A stretch of 63,988 nt of DNA, counting the filler, from Octopus bimaculoides (Eukaryota), in NCBI RefSeq assembly GCF_001194135.2. It is 5 parts of 5 records of this genome, joined end to end, with 100 filler letters (N's around TTAATTAATTAA, not from the genome) between each part and the next. Parts side by side here need not be neighbours in the genome. Positions count along the whole stretch, not along the records: positions 62,862 to 63,988 come from NW_026350893.1; 4 more parts are not named here. One strand, written 5' to 3'. Position numbers and translations under genes: made by a program. Of this stretch, positions 63,606 through 63,988 are shown piece after piece (position 1 is the first letter of the stretch; each line of letters starts with the position of its first letter). The notes beneath the pieces were generated by a model. That model was not told where the DNA came from. It made no database searches and saw nothing but the letters and a program-made list of their open reading frames with translations.

Positions 63606-63822
63606 CGAGGGGGTGCTGAAAAGTTACTGGCTTTAAGGGGGTCGTGAAAGGTCTTGTTGGAGACCCAACTTTCCGAGTTCTTTTGGAGGACTTAGAAAAA
63701 CTGAAGGGCTACTGTGCTAAGTGTATGTGTCTAAGAGGGGAATATGTTGAATAAAATCATAATTAACCGATCCTCCTGTATTTTCTTTTACCCAACGGCA
63801 AGAACTTTTCAGCACCCCCTTA
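63606..63822 (+). mobile_element. Mariner-derived MITE, about 217 bp
   Basis: TA then CGAGGGGGTGCTGAAAAGTT, and AACTTTTCAGCACCCCCT at the other end; retains the C-terminal AKCMCLRGEYVE stop. Confidence 0.88.
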
Positions 63823-63988
63823 CATATATATATAATTTATGTATATATGTATATTATTATTTATTGTTCAGTTTTATTTCAAGACTTCTTGCCAAAAGCG
63901 AAAGAGCCGGTTTCTAACCAAAATCCAAGGCTCCTTCTTTGAAATTTCAACATCAACAACAGGATATTTTTGTTTGTTTGTATGTATG

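Overview
AT-rich, repeat-dense eukaryotic DNA with many N gaps. The repeat families suggest a cephalopod, probably Octopus; this is inferred from recalled families, not from a database search. Four 100-bp artificial linkers (44 N + TTAATTAATTAA + 44 N) split the window into five pieces (1-24424, 24525-36767, 36868-59809, 59910-62761, 62862-63988) whose adjacency is not guaranteed. No intact long host gene is visible, and most listed ORFs are microsatellite or N artefacts or transposon remnants. DNA transposons: three maT/DD37D copies, mellifera-like and irritans-like mariners, a mariner MITE and two Chapaev3-like elements. Retroelements: five R4/Dong-like LINE fragments mostly abutting (TAA)n, CR1/Zenon-like, Tx1/L1-like and Penelope-like remnants, four SINE-like families and an RTE-tail-like repeat. 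Best signals outside the ORF track: (1) a near-canonical minimal hammerhead ribozyme at 25067-25109 (-) plus two degenerate ones; (2) a candidate minus-strand gene for a secreted protein, built from tiny exons behind a CRE/CCAAT promoter (3722 to 1810); (3) a tandem, internally chimeric pair of Dong elements suggesting RT template jumping; (4) very different CpG decay in two copies of one transposon family.
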